Shown here one piece after another: positions 37,794-51,963 of a stretch of 64,000 bases of DNA. The first letter of the stretch is position 1, and every line of letters starts with the position of its first letter. The DNA comes from Eledone cirrhosa (taxonomy: Eukaryota): positions 9,548,001-9,612,000 of the forward strand of contig OZ024760.1 of NCBI GenBank assembly GCA_964016885.1. The letters run 5' to 3'. A program made the translations under genes and the position numbers. The notes below the pieces were generated by a model. It was not told the origin of the DNA, ran no database searches, and saw nothing but the letters and a program-made list of their open reading frames with translations.

Positions 37794-37844
37794 ATCTGGA
37801 GGGGAGATGGACTCTGTTAAGTTTAAAATTGCCCTAGAAAAGTC
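37794..37844 (+). CDS. Candidate exon 2 (SGGEMDSVKFKIALEK) of the plus-strand gene
   Basis: Pyrimidine tract plus ctcag acceptor, gtatgt donor, phase 2 matches. Confidence 0.3.
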
Positions 37845-38339
37845 GTATGTCAGGGGTTCTCAAATCCCCCCCCCCCCAACTCGTGGCCACATAATACCCT
37901 CAGCCCCTACCTACACACAAATTGTAAATAATATATAATAAATAAAATCGTTGATTTATATATAATAAATGATATAATATAATATAATTGTTTCTACTTT
38001 AGGCACAAGGCCAGCAATTATCCCAGTACATTACTGGTACTTTATTTTATCGACCCCGTAAGGATGAAAGGCAAAGTGAACCTCGGCGGGATTTGAAGTC
38101 AGATCACAAAGGGCCGTAACTCTATGCTTCAAAGCATGGCGTCCGACCCTCTACCGATATTGCCAATCCTATAAATATTACTATTTTACTATATTTATAT
38201 ATAATATGTATCATTTGATATTTAATATACTATTGTATCATCTCTTAAATCCCAGCGCCACCTGGACCTTCTCAACACCTCTGCCGTATGCCAATATGGC
38301 ACCCCTACAACTCCCTCAGGACCATACATACATGAACAA

Positions 38340-39455
38340 AATATCTATATCTACATCAATATCTATATCTACCTGGTCATCACCAAACACCTATATCTAC
38401 CTGGTCATCACCAAACACCTATATCTACCTGGACATCACCCAATATCTATATCTACCTGTACATCACCCAATATCTATATCTACCTGTACATCACCCAAT
38501 ATCTATATCTACCTGGACATCACCCAATATCTATATCTACCTGTACATCACCAAACACCTATATCTACCTGTACATCACCAAACATCTATATCTACCTGT
38601 ACATCACCAAACACCTATATCTACCTGTACATCACCAAATATCTATATCTACCTGTACATCACCAAATACCTATATCTACCTGGACATCACCAAACACCT
38701 ATATCTACCTGTACATCACCAAACACCTATATCTACCTGTACATCACCCAATATCTATATCTACCTGTACATCACCAAACATCTATATCTACCTGTACAC
38801 CACCAAATACCTATATCTACCTGGACATCACCAAACACCTATATCTACCTGTACATCACCAAACACCTATATCTACCTGTACATCACCCAATATCTATAT
38901 CTACATGTACATCACCAAATATCTATATCTACCTGTACATCACCCAATATCTATATCTACCTGTACATCACCAAACACCTATATCTACCTGTACATCACC
39001 AAATACCTATATCTACCTGTACATCACCAAACACCTATATCTACCTGTACATCACCAAATATCTATATCTACCTGTACATCACCAAATACCTATATCTAC
39101 CTGTACATCACCAAACACCTATATCTACCTGTACATCACCAAATATCTATATCTACCTGTACATCACCAAACACCTATATCTACCTGTACATCACCCAAT
39201 ACCTATATCTACCTGTACATCACCAAATATCTATATCTACCTGTACATCACCAAATATCTATATCTACCTGTACATCACCAAACACCTATATCTACCTGT
39301 ACATCACCAAATATCTATATCTACCTGTACATCACCAAATATCTATATCTACCTGTACATCACCCAATACCTATATCTACCTGTACATCACCAAACACCT
39401 ATATCTACCTGTACATCACCAAACACCTATATCTACCTGTAATCACCAAATATCT
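38340..39455. repeat. 28-bp minisatellite, about 39 copies
   Basis: CTATATCTACCTGTACATCACCAAACAC. Confidence 0.95.
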
Positions 39456-39521
39456 ATTCCTTTGTTCTGTTATATATCTGAAGGAATGCATTAATTCTTC
39501 AAATACTAACATCTGTTTACA

Positions 39522-39571
<50 letters not shown>

Positions 39572-39597
39572 ATTTGTATATGTATATATATCTTTCT

Positions 39598-39630
<33 letters not shown>

Positions 39631-39793
39631 CTCTCTCTTTATTTACCTATCTATCTATCTCTATTTGTATATGTATATATATCTTTCTTTTCTCTCTCTC
39701 TCTCTCTTTCTTTCTCTCTCTCTCTCTCTCTCCCCCTCTTTATTTACCTATCTATCTATCTCTATTTGTATATGTATATATATCTTTCTTTTC

Positions 39794-39834
<41 letters not shown>

Positions 39835-39900
39835 CTCTCTCTCTTTATTTACCTATCTATCTATCTATCTCTATTTGTATATGTATATATATCTTTCTTT

Positions 39901-39937
<37 letters not shown>

Positions 39938-39997
39938 CTCTCTCTTTATTTACCTATCTATCTATCTCTATTTGTATATGTATATATATCTTTCTTT

Positions 39998-40034
<37 letters not shown>

Positions 40035-40211
40035 CTCTCTCTCTCTCTCCCCCTCTTTATTTACCTATCTATCTATCTCTATTTGTATATGTATATATAT
40101 CTTTCTGCCCCCCCCCCCCTCTCTCTCTCTCTTTGTTTGTATGTTTCTCTTGCTCTCTCTTTACCTACCTACCTACCTGTCTGTCTGTCTCTCTCTAAAT
40201 ATACATATAAA

Positions 40212-40251
<40 letters not shown>

Positions 40252-40687
40252 TTCTCTCTCTCTTTGTCTCTCTTTAACAATAACCCCCACCACCATGTTA
40301 AAAAGCTACATCCCTCTGACCTGTCTGTCCATTTCTCTCTCTCTCCCTCTCTCCCTAACTATTATTCCACCACCACCACCACCACTACCTTAAGAAGCTA
40401 CACTCCTCTGTCTTGTCAGTCTGTCTGTCTCTCTCTCTCTCTTTCTAACCATTATTCTTCCCATTACCCCACCACCACCACCACCACCACTACCACTTTA
40501 AGAAGCTACACCCCCTGTGACCTCTCTCTGTCCCTTTCCATTATCACCCCACCACCACCACCACCGCACGAAGCTACACCATCTGCTGACCCCTCTCTCT
40601 CTCTCCCGCTTTAACTATGTATGTAAACATTCTCTGACACATATATACACACACACACAAACATATATATATATATATACATACATC

Positions 40688-40729
<42 letters not shown>

Positions 40730-40739
40730 CACATATATA

Positions 40740-40778
<39 letters not shown>

Positions 40779-40787
40779 CTCCACATA

Positions 40788-40825
<38 letters not shown>

Positions 40826-40833
40826 TCCACATA

Positions 40834-40883
<50 letters not shown>

Positions 40884-40891
40884 TCCACATA

Positions 40892-40950
<59 letters not shown>

Positions 40951-40963
40951 CATACTCCACATA

Positions 40964-41001
<38 letters not shown>

Positions 41002-41009
41002 TCCACATA

Positions 41010-41051
<42 letters not shown>

Positions 41052-41059
41052 TCCACATA

Positions 41060-41116
<57 letters not shown>

Positions 41117-41117
41117 C

Positions 41118-41219
<102 letters not shown>

Positions 41220-41225
41220 GTATAT

Positions 41226-41265
<40 letters not shown>

Positions 41266-41271
41266 GTATAT

Positions 41272-41330
<59 letters not shown>

Positions 41331-41351
41331 TACACACACACACACATACAC

Positions 41352-41388
<37 letters not shown>

Positions 41389-41397
41389 TACACACAC

Positions 41398-41430
<33 letters not shown>

Positions 41431-41455
41431 CATATATAAACAGTAAATGACTCAC

Positions 41456-41487
41456 AAGTCTTCCCTCAGTCTAGTGTTTGCAGCATT
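41456..41487 (-). CDS. Candidate small exon ([10 protein letters not shown]) of minus-strand gene 2
   Basis: gttag acceptor, gtgagt donor. Confidence 0.25.
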
Positions 41488-41726
41488 CTAACATTCTAAC
41501 TTTATATAATCTATTTAATTGTGCCATCATTAGTCTCCACTAATTTACTTCCTTTGTGTTGCTGAAGTCAAATACTTCCTTTGTAGAGCTATTTCTCTCC
41601 TTCTTCACCAACATTACACAATTCATATACCAATTACTACCAACAATACATCCATCCCCACCTGTCTCTCTCTTATAACATACCCCCCCCCACCCTCTCT
41701 TCTTCTTTCTTAATACATACATACAT

Positions 41727-41757
<31 letters not shown>

Positions 41758-42029
41758 CATATATACATACATACATATATATATATATACAGTGGAGGTG
41801 TGTGGCTGAGTGGTTAGAGAATTGGATTCACAATCTTGAGGTTGTGAGTTCGATTCCTGGACCGGGCGATGCGTTATGTCCTTGGGCAAGACACTTTATT
41901 TCACGTTGCTCCTTCTACCTGGAGTTGCGACCGATAGATAGTATTAGCAATTGGAAAGACCAAAGTCGATTGTTCCTTTATATATATATATATATAGAGA
42001 GTTATGTAATAAACAACATAAGGCAATTA

Positions 42030-42089
42030 TTCCATTTACCAGTGGTTTCTTAAAAGCAAAAAATTTTGCTTTCAATCATCAGAATGAAA
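42030..42089 (-). ncRNA. Type I hammerhead ribozyme (family H4), left arm of palindrome 42000-42244
   Basis: tttcatt-CTGATGA-ttgaaagcaaaa..ttttgcttttaa-GAAA-ccactgg-TA-aatggaa; the mirror copy 42154-42213 (+) has TTGATGA. Confidence 0.75.
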
Positions 42090-42310
42090 AAATGCTGGTC
42101 TGTTTCTTGAATTTGGATTTTAAAATCCAAATTCAATAAACAGACCAGGATTTTTTCATTTTGATGATTGAAAGCAAAATTTTTTGCTTTTAAGAAACCA
42201 CTGGTAAATGGAATAATTGCCTTACGTTGTTTATTACATAACTATTAAGCTCTGTTACCTACATAGAGCACTCTTTTTTCCTGGACTTTTCCGACGGAAT
42301 TACTTCATTT

Positions 42311-42377
<67 letters not shown>

Positions 42378-42391
42378 CATTTTCTTAAAAT

Positions 42392-42444
<53 letters not shown>

Positions 42445-43117
42445 TAATAAAAATAATGAATAAAAACAAAGAAACAGTTCCTTATATTAAAAAATTCATC
42501 ATTTTACGATCGTTTCTAGGATATATATGTGTGTGTTGGTATGTATAACATATAGATCTATGTAAAATGTTTACAAACTATCAGAGGGAATATACATACC
42601 TACACATACCTACATATATACATACCTACACCGTATATTTTAGTAGATTTATCTACATATATATATATATATATGTATATATAGTATTAAGGATACTATT
42701 TATGGTTATGTATAAACTAAAACCTTTTATAGTTATATATATATTATACTCTAAATAGTGAAAGACAGTAATTTATTACTATCTTATTACCAGTAAGATA
42801 AATAGCTCAATGTAACAACATCAGTTGTTTTACAGAGCAGTTATATAGAGATTACATGAAACAAAGTTCTGTTTAAATCATTTATCTGCTTACAATTGTT
42901 TCTTCCAAACCGAGGTTTGGAGTCTTCGGAGCAATTATTCAGTGATTTTTAACATACTTGACTTCCTTTTCAACACAAGAGACATATAGAAACATGTATA
43001 TACCATGCTATATTATTATAATGGATGTCAACCCACTGTGGGTCAATATATACATATGTTTCTATATGTCTCTTGTGTTGAAAAGGAGGTCAAGTATGTT
43101 AAAAATCACTGAATAAT

Positions 43118-43164
43118 TGCTCCGAAGACTCCAAACCTCGGTTTGGAAGAAACAATTGTAAGCA
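43118..43164 (+). ncRNA. Hammerhead-ribozyme variant with CCGAAGA core (family H5); mirror copy 42887-42933 (-)
   Basis: tgct-CCGAAGA-ctccaaacc tc ggtttggaa-GAAA-caattg-TA-agca within ~150-bp inverted arms 42847-43204. Confidence 0.65.
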
Positions 43165-43329
43165 GATAAATGATTTAAACAGAACTTTGTTTCATGTAAT
43201 CTCTCTCTCTCTATATATATACACACGTATTAATAAGGAAATGATTTTTTTTTAATAACAAAAGCCAAAAGAAAAAGAAAAAAAACGAGATGTCCTACAC
43301 GGGTGAAAGTATAAGGAAACTAATAATAT

Positions 43330-43540
43330 AGAAGCCATGTATGGAGGAACAGTCAGCAAGGTTAGAATTAACAATGAATATAGTGAAGAATTTAGTGTAA
43401 AAGTAGGAATTCACCAAGGCTCCATCCTTAGCCCCCTCTTGTTTATTATTGTCCTACAGGCTATAACAGAAGTGTTTAAGACTGGCTGCCCATGGGAACT
43501 TCTATATGCAGATGATCTAACTCTCATAGCTGAATCCATG
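43330..43540 (+). mobile_element. RTE LINE RT fragment
   Basis: KVGIHQGSILSPLLFIIV...LLYADDL. Confidence 0.85.
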
Positions 43541-44182
43541 GCACAAGAAATGAAGAAGGTTCCAGGTTTCTAGAGTTCTGCGACGCCAATGACATCGATA
43601 TGTAACACAAACTTCAAAAAACCCGACAACCATCTGATCATCGATCCACCACTATCTCTTTCTCTCTATCTTTCTCTCTCTCTGTTTATGAAGGTACCCG
43701 GAAAAACCCCGTATCCCGGGAACCCGTGCCCCGATTTATGCGAAACTTGTTTTATTCCATTTGTATTCCCATTTCAGGGGAAACTGCCTTTCAAAGTATT
43801 TTCCCATCATACAACGTTTTGGCTGTATTACATTACAGACTAGCATGCAATCACAGAGTGTTAGTAGTATATAGATGAGGCCCTGTGCTAGTTAAGTTAT
43901 GAGGCCCCTTACTTCGGCCTTGAAGGAGATAAAACATTTTTTTGGCAGGAAGATGGGCCCCTGTAGCCAACGAGGCCCTGTACTTAAGCATATCTAAGCA
44001 GAATGGTAAATCTGGCACTGATGGCTATGTTACCAGGAAGCTTCACAGAGAGATTAATATAGATAAGTAATATAGTCTTTCTTGGACCAACAGCATGATA
44101 CTGTCTACCTTTGTGACATGATGTAGTGGCCAAAACACTATAGAAGTCAATCCATAGAAAATATATAGTCATAAGACTAATA

Positions 44183-44369
44183 ATTGTTTCTACTTTTAGG
44201 CACAAGGCCAGCAATTACCCAGTGCATTACTGGTACTTTATTTTATCGACCCCGTAAGGATGAAAGGCAAAGTCAACCTCGGCGGGATTTGAACTCAGAT
44301 CGTAAAGGGACGTAACTATGCTGGAAAGCATGGCGTCCGACCCTCTACCGATACTGCCAATCCACCGCC
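44183..44369 (-). mobile_element. SINE family B with ~16-bp TSD
   Basis: TAGTCATAAGA(C/T)TAAT on both flanks. Confidence 0.9.
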
Positions 44370-44429
44370 CTAGTCATAAGATTAATAATAGAAAGTTAGC
44401 AGTGATGTGGAGGACATACATAGTGCGAA

Positions 44430-44800
44430 AGGGTACTGGTGGAATGTTCCGGTCAAAACCCAAATAAAATTGAAACACACCAGACCAGACAAAGTGATAT
44501 GGGACAGAGAAAAGGAAGCTTGTAAAGTAGTGGAAGTTAGCTGCCCAGCAGATGTTAATACAATACTTAAAGATTAGCGAAAAGTAGAACATTTATGGTG
44601 AACTAATGAGGAATCTGCAGATATTCCACCCTAACTATACCTTTAGATTTATACCTGTGATTATTGTGGCTCTGGGATATGTTACTAACTGACTCAGTAC
44701 AAATCTTGAGAAGCTGAGCTTCACACAACCGGAAAGAGCATGGCTAGTTAGGAAGTTGCAAGTACAGTCCATTAATGGATCGGTAAAAATATATAGAATA
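44430..44800 (+). mobile_element. RLE-domain fragment of an R4/Dong-like non-LTR retrotransposon
   Basis: YWWNVPVKT...TRPDKVIWD...VVEVSCPAD...EK*NIYGEL...FIPVIIVALG. Confidence 0.75.
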
Positions 44801-44814
44801 TCAAAAAATCCTCT

Positions 44815-45722
44815 TGTGAACGTGACCTGGACATTACTGTCAGCAACGATTTGCGTTGGACAAAGCATGTCTCTAAGATTGTCAAGAAGGCCGAGGGTGT
44901 CTTGGCATCACTCAGCAAGACCTTTGTTAGCCGCTCTCCAGCCATCTATTTAAAACTGTATACAGCTATGGTGCGACCACACTTGGAATTCGCATCATCA
45001 GTCTGGAACCCCTATCTTGCTCAGAACATTGACCTCCTGGAAACTGTTCAGAGACGTGCAACCAAGCGCATACCCTCCATCAGACACCTACCATACTCTG
45101 AACGCCTTGCTTCCCTGGGCATGGATTCATTGAAGCTCCGACGTCTGGCAATGGACTTGGTGAATACCCACAAAGTTTTTAACCATCTCGCCAATTGCAA
45201 CCCTGAGCGCCTTTTTGATCTCCATGTGTCTAACACACGTGGACATGCCTACAAGATCAGAAAACAGCACAGCTCCCATGACTTTCGTAGACATTTTTTC
45301 ACGCTCAGAGTTGCTGAAGCATGGAACAAACTGCCTGCGTCAATTGTTAGCTGCCGAGACACTGCATGCTTTAAGACACTCATGCTTCCCGAAATACGCC
45401 AAAACTACACCTGATGTACCCCTTCCATACACATGCACACATGTGTGTATCATGACTCGTGCACTGTTCATTTTACTGATGTTTGTGCATTGCCCTATGT
45501 ACTATACATGCACTTTTTTGATGAGTTGTGGTGCACCTGGGCACTGTACACAATATTTCATTATTGTTGTTATTATTATATCATGACTCATACACTGTTC
45601 ATTTTCCTGACATTTGTACATTATTCTATGTACTATACATGCACCTTTGATGAGTTGTAGTGCACCTGAGCACTGTACACAATAATTTCATTATTATTAT
45701 TATTATATTATTATTATTATTA
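44815..45722 (+). mobile_element. CR1 LINE 3' end with duplicated 3' UTR and (TTA)n tail
   Basis: LYTAMVRPHLEFASSVWNP...ETVQRRATK...TRGH...FFTLRVAEAWNKLP; intact 187-aa frame. Confidence 0.92.
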
Positions 45723-45841
45723 TTTCAGAAATTCAGCATTTAATAACACATATATAGGTGCGTGTACACATATAACTGAAAAAAATGTAGATCCACACAT
45801 GCAATAACATCTATAGCTGTGTGTGTGTGTGTATGTGTGTG

Positions 45842-45900
<59 letters not shown>

Positions 45901-46412
45901 ATGTGTATGTGTGAGTATATGTGCATATACACACATACACACTGTGTACAATCAAACATTAAATGTAACTTGGCAGTATCGGTAGAGGGTCGGACGCCAT
46001 GCTTTCCAGCATAGTTACGTCCCTTTATGATCTGAGTTCAAATCCCGTCGAGGTTAACTTTGCCTTTCATCCTTACAGGGTCGATAAAATAAAGTACCAG
46101 TAATGCACTGGGATAATTGCTGGCCTTGTGCCTAAAGTAGAAACAATTAAACGTAACAGAAATAACCATACTTCAGAGCAAGGGAAGGAAGAAAGCTAAA
46201 ATCTATTTTAGAGTGATCTCCCTTGTTACATCCTCTTGTTTAATTTGACAAACCAAATAACTATGCAGAAATATAATTATTCCTGACTGATGTTATATAT
46301 TTTAGGCAATTATTAGAAATAATGGAGTGTTTACCTAAATATTTTACATTCTGAGAGGCTACCCTGCCAATGGCGACTCTAACGTTACTACTGACAGACT
46401 TTACTATATTAT

Positions 46413-47020
46413 TACGAGGGTGGGCTGAAAATTTCATAGGATATGTGAAATCTTACATGTATTAATTTCAACATTGTTTCTTTCCAGGGAATATGTTGAA
46501 AAATAAAACCTATTTGGTCATTCCATGAGAGTATCTTGGCCATAGGCTGACTATGAAGGAGTGATGCTAGAGCTGTGAAATCTTGCATGTATTCATTTCA
46601 ACTCTTCTTATTAATAACTGCATTGTTTCTTTCCAGGAACTATGTAGAAAAATAAACCCCATTTGGTCATTCCATGAGAGTATCTTGGCCATAGGCTGAC
46701 TATGAAGGAGTGATACTAGAGCTGTGAAATCTTGCATGTATTAATTTCAACTCTTATTATTAATAACTGCATTGTTTCTTTCCAGGGAATATGTAGAAAA
46801 ATAAACCCCATTTGGTCATTCCATGAGAGTATCTTGGCCATAGGCTGACTATGAAGGAGTGATGCTAGAGCTGTGAAATCTTGCATGTATTAATTTCAAC
46901 TCTTCTTATTAATAACTGCAACTTTTCTTTCCAGGAACTATGTTGAAAAATAAACCCCATTTGGTCATTCCATGAGAGTATCTTGGTCAGCCAATGAACT
47001 TTATTTAGCCAAAGTTAGTC
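46413..47020 (+). mobile_element. Mariner-derived MITE expanded as a ~149-bp tandem unit x4
   Basis: TACGAGGGTGGGCTGAAAA terminus; repeated NYVEK* remnant. Confidence 0.75.
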
Positions 47021-47261
47021 GTGAACTCTAACACAGCTCAACACAAAACACACTTCACGTGTGACTATTTATTATGTTCTTATCACCTTTATGTCAAAAG
47101 GAGTGTGGTTTGAGGGTGATTTGGTTGCTATTTCTAATAGGGTGCCCCCATTGTCCCAAATATTATTATGTTTTGGGTAGTGACATCATCAATAAAACCT
47201 TATTTGTGCAGTAGCCACAATACACCACACCTTATTGTGCATGCATGAGGTAGATATATAA

Positions 47262-48987
47262 TGGTGTGACTGGAGTATCCATCAATGGGTTATTATATAA
47301 CAGTGACACTGGAGTATCCATCAATGGGTTATCATATAACAGTGACACTGGAGTATCCATCAATGGGTTATTATATAACAGTGACACTGGAGTATCCATC
47401 AATGGGTTATTATATAACAATAACACAGGAGTATCCATCAATGGGTTATCATATAACAGTGTGACTGAAGTATCCACCAATGGGTTATTATATAAGTGAC
47501 ACTGGACTATCCATCAATGGGTTATCATATAACAGTGTGACAGGAGTATCCAACAATGGGTTATTATATAACAATAACACAGGAGTATCCATCAATGGGT
47601 TATCATATAACAGTGTGACTGAAGTATCCACCAATGGGTTATCATATAACAATAACACAGGAGTATCCATCAATGGGTTATCATATAACAGTGTGACTGA
47701 AGTATCCGCCAATGGGTTATTATATAAGAGACACTGGACTATCCATCAATGGGTTATCATATAACAGTGTGACTGAAGTATCCATCAATGGGTTATTATA
47801 TAAGAGACACTGGACTATCCATCAATGGGTTATCATATAACAGTGTGACTGAAGTATCCATCAATGGGTTATTATATAACAGTGACACTGGAGTATCCAT
47901 CAATGGGTTATTATATAACAGTGACACTGGAGTATCCATCAATGGGTTATTATATAACAGTGACACTGGAGTATCCATCAATGGGTTATCATATAACAGT
48001 GTGACAGGAGTATCCATCAATGGGTTATTATATAAGAGACACAGGAGTATCCATCAATGGGTTATCATATAACAGTGACACTGGAGTATCCATCAATGGG
48101 TTATCATATAACAGTGTGACAGGAGTATCCATCAATGGGTTATTATATAAGTGACACTGGAGTATCCATCAATGGGTTATTATATAACAATAACACAGGA
48201 GTATCCATCAATGGGTTATCATATAACAGTGTGACTGAAGTATCCACCAATGGGTTATTATATAAGTGACACTGGAGTATCCATCAATGGGTTATTATAT
48301 AACAGTGTGACAGGAGTATCCATCAATGGGTTATTATATAACAGTGACACTGGAGTATCCATCAATGGGTTATCATATAACAGTGTGACTGAAGTATCCA
48401 TCAATGGGTTATTATATAACAGTGTGACAGGAGTATCCATCAATGGGTTATTATATAACAGTGACACTGGAGTATCCATCAATGGGTTATCATATAACAG
48501 TGGCACAGGAGTATCCATCAATGGGTTATTATATAAGTGACACTGGAGTATCCATCAATGGGTTATCATATAACAGTGGCACAGGAGTATCCATCAATGG
48601 GTTATTATATAAGTGACACTGGAGTATCCATCAATGGGTTATCATATAACAGTGACACAGGAGTATCCATCAATGGGTTATCATATAACAGTGTGACAGG
48701 AGTATCCATCAATGGGTTATTATATAAGAGACACTGGAGTATCCATCAATGGGTTATCATATAACAGTATGACAGGACTATCCATCAATGGGTTATTATA
48801 TAACAGTGTGACAGGAGTATCCATCAATGGGTTATTATATAAGAGACACTGGAGTATCCATCAATGGGTTATCATATAACAGTATGACAGGAGTATCCAT
48901 CAATGGGTTATTATATAACAGTGTGACAGGAGTATCCATCAATGGGTTATTATATAAGAGACACTGGAGTATCCATCAATGGGTTAT
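47262..48987. repeat. 37-39-bp minisatellite, about 44 copies
   Basis: GGAGTATCCATCAATGGGTTATTATATAACAGTGACACT. Confidence 0.95.
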
Positions 48988-48995
48988 GTACTTAC

Positions 48996-49156
48996 TTGGT
49001 CCCTCATAGGGTTTCTTGAACTCATCGTTGATTGTTGTTCGGTTGATTTTCTCCAACGGGCTGTGTGTCTCTGGGGTGTGACACTGCAGGACAATCTGTG
49101 CTGGGATGTGGATGACAGGGAGAGTCTTGGAACGCTGCAGCGTACAACCTTTTATC
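48996..49156 (-). CDS. Internal coding exon (IKGCTLQRSKTLPVIHIPAQ...DEFKKPYEGP) of minus-strand gene 2, uncharacterised
   Basis: ctgttgcag acceptor, gtaagt donor, 53 open codons, unique GC-richer island between two satellites. Confidence 0.65.
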
Positions 49157-49169
49157 CTGCAACAGATCA

Positions 49170-50240
49170 ATAGAGTGTCATTGAAATCAATAGAGTGGGA
49201 TATAGTAGGATATAGATCAATATAGTGAGATATAGATTCATATAATGGAATAGATGTCAATATAGTGAGATATAGATTGATGAAGTGGGATACAGATCAA
49301 TATAGATTGATATAGATGGGATATAGATCTATATAGATGGGATATAGATCTATATAGATTGATATAGATGGATATAGATCAATATAGGGGGATACAGATT
49401 GATATAGATGGATATAGGGGGATACAGATCAATATAGATTGATGTAGTGAGATATAGATCTATATAGATTAATATAGAGGGATATAGTTCAATATAGATT
49501 GATATAGATGGATATAGATCAATATAGGGGGATACAGATTGATATAGATGGATATAGGGGGATACAGATCAATATAGATTGATGTAGTGAGATATAGATC
49601 TATATAGGTTGATATAGATGGATATAGATCTGTATAGATTGAGGTAGTGAGATATAGATCTATATAGGTTGATATAGATGGATATAGATCTATATAGATT
49701 GATATAGATGGATATAGATCTGTATAGATTGAGGTAGTGAGATATAGATCTATATAGGTTGATCTAGATGGATATAGATCTATATAGATTGATATAGATG
49801 GATATAGATCTATATAGATTGATATAGATGGATATAGATCTATATAGATTGAGGTAGTGAGATATAGATCTATATAGGTTGATATAGATGGATATAGATC
49901 TATATAGGTTGATATAGATGGATATATATCTATATAGATTGATATAGATGGATATAGATCTATATAGATTGATATAGATGGATATAGATCTGTATAGATT
50001 GATATAGATGGATATAGATCTATATAGATTGAGGTAGTGAGATATAGATCTATATAGGTTGATATAGATGGATATAGATCTATATAGATTGATATAGATG
50101 GATATAGATCTATATAGATTGAGGTAGTGAGATATAGATCTATATAGATTAATATAGAGGGATATTTTTCAATATAGATTGATATATATATCAACATAGA
50201 TTGATATATATCAACGTAGATTGATATATATCAATATAGA
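49170..50240. repeat. 30-bp minisatellite built from 10-mer subunits
   Basis: GATATAGATCTATATAGATTGATATAGATG. Confidence 0.93.
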
Positions 50241-50244
50241 TAGA

Positions 50245-51345
50245 TTGATAGATAGATATATTTCTTTATTTGCCACAAGGGCGTACAAAAATGGGACAAT
50301 AATAATGGGACAATAATATATATACAAAATAAAATAATCGAAATCGCTAATAGGGGGAAACGTTACTGCGGGGTTGTTTTACACCCCCAGAAGCACATTT
50401 TGTAGGTGTTTCTGTCTTCCCTCTGTTTGTCTTCCTCAACCTACAGGTTTATACACAGAGAAGGCCCATTCACTCGGGCCATTTTCACCACATTCACCCA
50501 CCTTTCAGCGAATTTACTGGGGTGCAGCACCTCTCTCTCCACTCTCACCTTCCTTCTGAAGAGGTACTTAAAGAAGGGGATAAGTTGTTGTCCGGAGAGG
50601 AAGGTGTTTGCCCTCAGTCCTTTTAACCTCGTCCACCATATTACCCCTTTCACCATAGCCACCAGGCAGAGGAAAACTGCCTCTCCTTCATTATTAAGGG
50701 CGGTGGATTGGCAGTAACGGTAGAGGGTCGGACGCCATGCTTTCCAGCATAGTTACGTCCCTTTACGATCTGAGTTCAAATCCCGCCGAGGTTGACTTTG
50801 CCTTTCATCCTTACGGGGTCGATAAAATAAAGTACCAGTAATGCACTGGGTAATTGCTGGCCTTGTGCCTAAAGTAGAAACAATTATTAAATGAAGGTGG
50901 CAGCATGATCCTAACGATGGACTCGGCTGACAACTGGATGCGTCCCGCATGTGACAGCAGCTGTTCGACATAATTCCACAGGTCGGTCACCCCTGGGCAC
51001 TGAACAATTGCGTGAAGAACGGTTTCACTGCCCTGCTCGCATCTTGGACAGGTCCTTTTGGCAGGATCTCTGCCAGGGCATCCGTGCCTGTAGATTTTGT
51101 CTCAAACTGGTAGAGCTCCTCGGTAGCACTGCCAGGCCAGAGACCTCAGGGAGTTATCCATAGGCCCTGGATGGAAAGTCCTCCTGAACAGACTGGTCAG
51201 TTCGTCCTCCTCGATGCCTAGAGTCTCCCCGAGAACGTCATCGCACTTATCCTACACTAATCCCCTATAGAATGTCGACATGGAGTCGCCGCTGATTGCC
51301 GTTTCCACTTGGTAGAGGGTTGTGAGCGCCTGATGGCACTCGAAG
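50245..51345 (-). mobile_element. Tx1/L1-clade LINE 3' end with zf-RVT-like motif, nested SINE B (50698-50885)
   Basis: SLAWQCYRGALPV...CPRCEQGSETVLHAIVQC...AMVKGVIWWTRLKG; AATAAA plus (TATC)n tail; further 3' ends stacked at 51350-51832. Confidence 0.8.
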
Positions 51346-51461
51346 TAGATAGATAGATATATTTCTTTATTAGCCACAGGGGCACAAAGGAAGGGGACAA
51401 ATACAAAGGGGGAAGTTTACATACAATAAAAACGTGTAAAATGTTATCACAGATGGAAAAG

Positions 51462-51494
<33 letters not shown>

Positions 51495-51963
51495 GATAGA
51501 TATAGGTAGGCAGATAGATAGGTAGGCAGATAGATAGATAGATAGATAGATATATTTCTTTATTTGCCACAAGGGCGCACAAGAAAAGGGGCCAATACAA
51601 AGACATATGCCGGGGATTTTACATACAATCGTGTAAAAAAAAATTTTAACATATAAATTTAACAATCGAAATCCCCAATAGGGGGGAGGCGTTATAAATG
51701 GGTTGTTTTATACCCCGTAGATAGAACAACCCTCAACTCCAGGAGCATGTTGTGCAAATGCTCCTTTCTTCCTTTTGCTCTCTTCTTCAACCTACAGGTT
51801 TATATACAGAGAAGGCCCAATCTCTCGGGCCTTATATCCACCCAAAAGAGATTTTGACTTAAGTTTATATATATTTCCAGTAAAAGTTGTTTTGGTAAAA
51901 AACAGGAGTAAGCAGGAGAAAGCTCTCTACACTAGTAGTGTGTAATTAAGATGGAGATTCAGT

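Noticed and set aside
38206-40614. 802-aa ORF
   Set aside because: Entirely 28-bp minisatellite plus (CT)n/(TCTA)n low complexity
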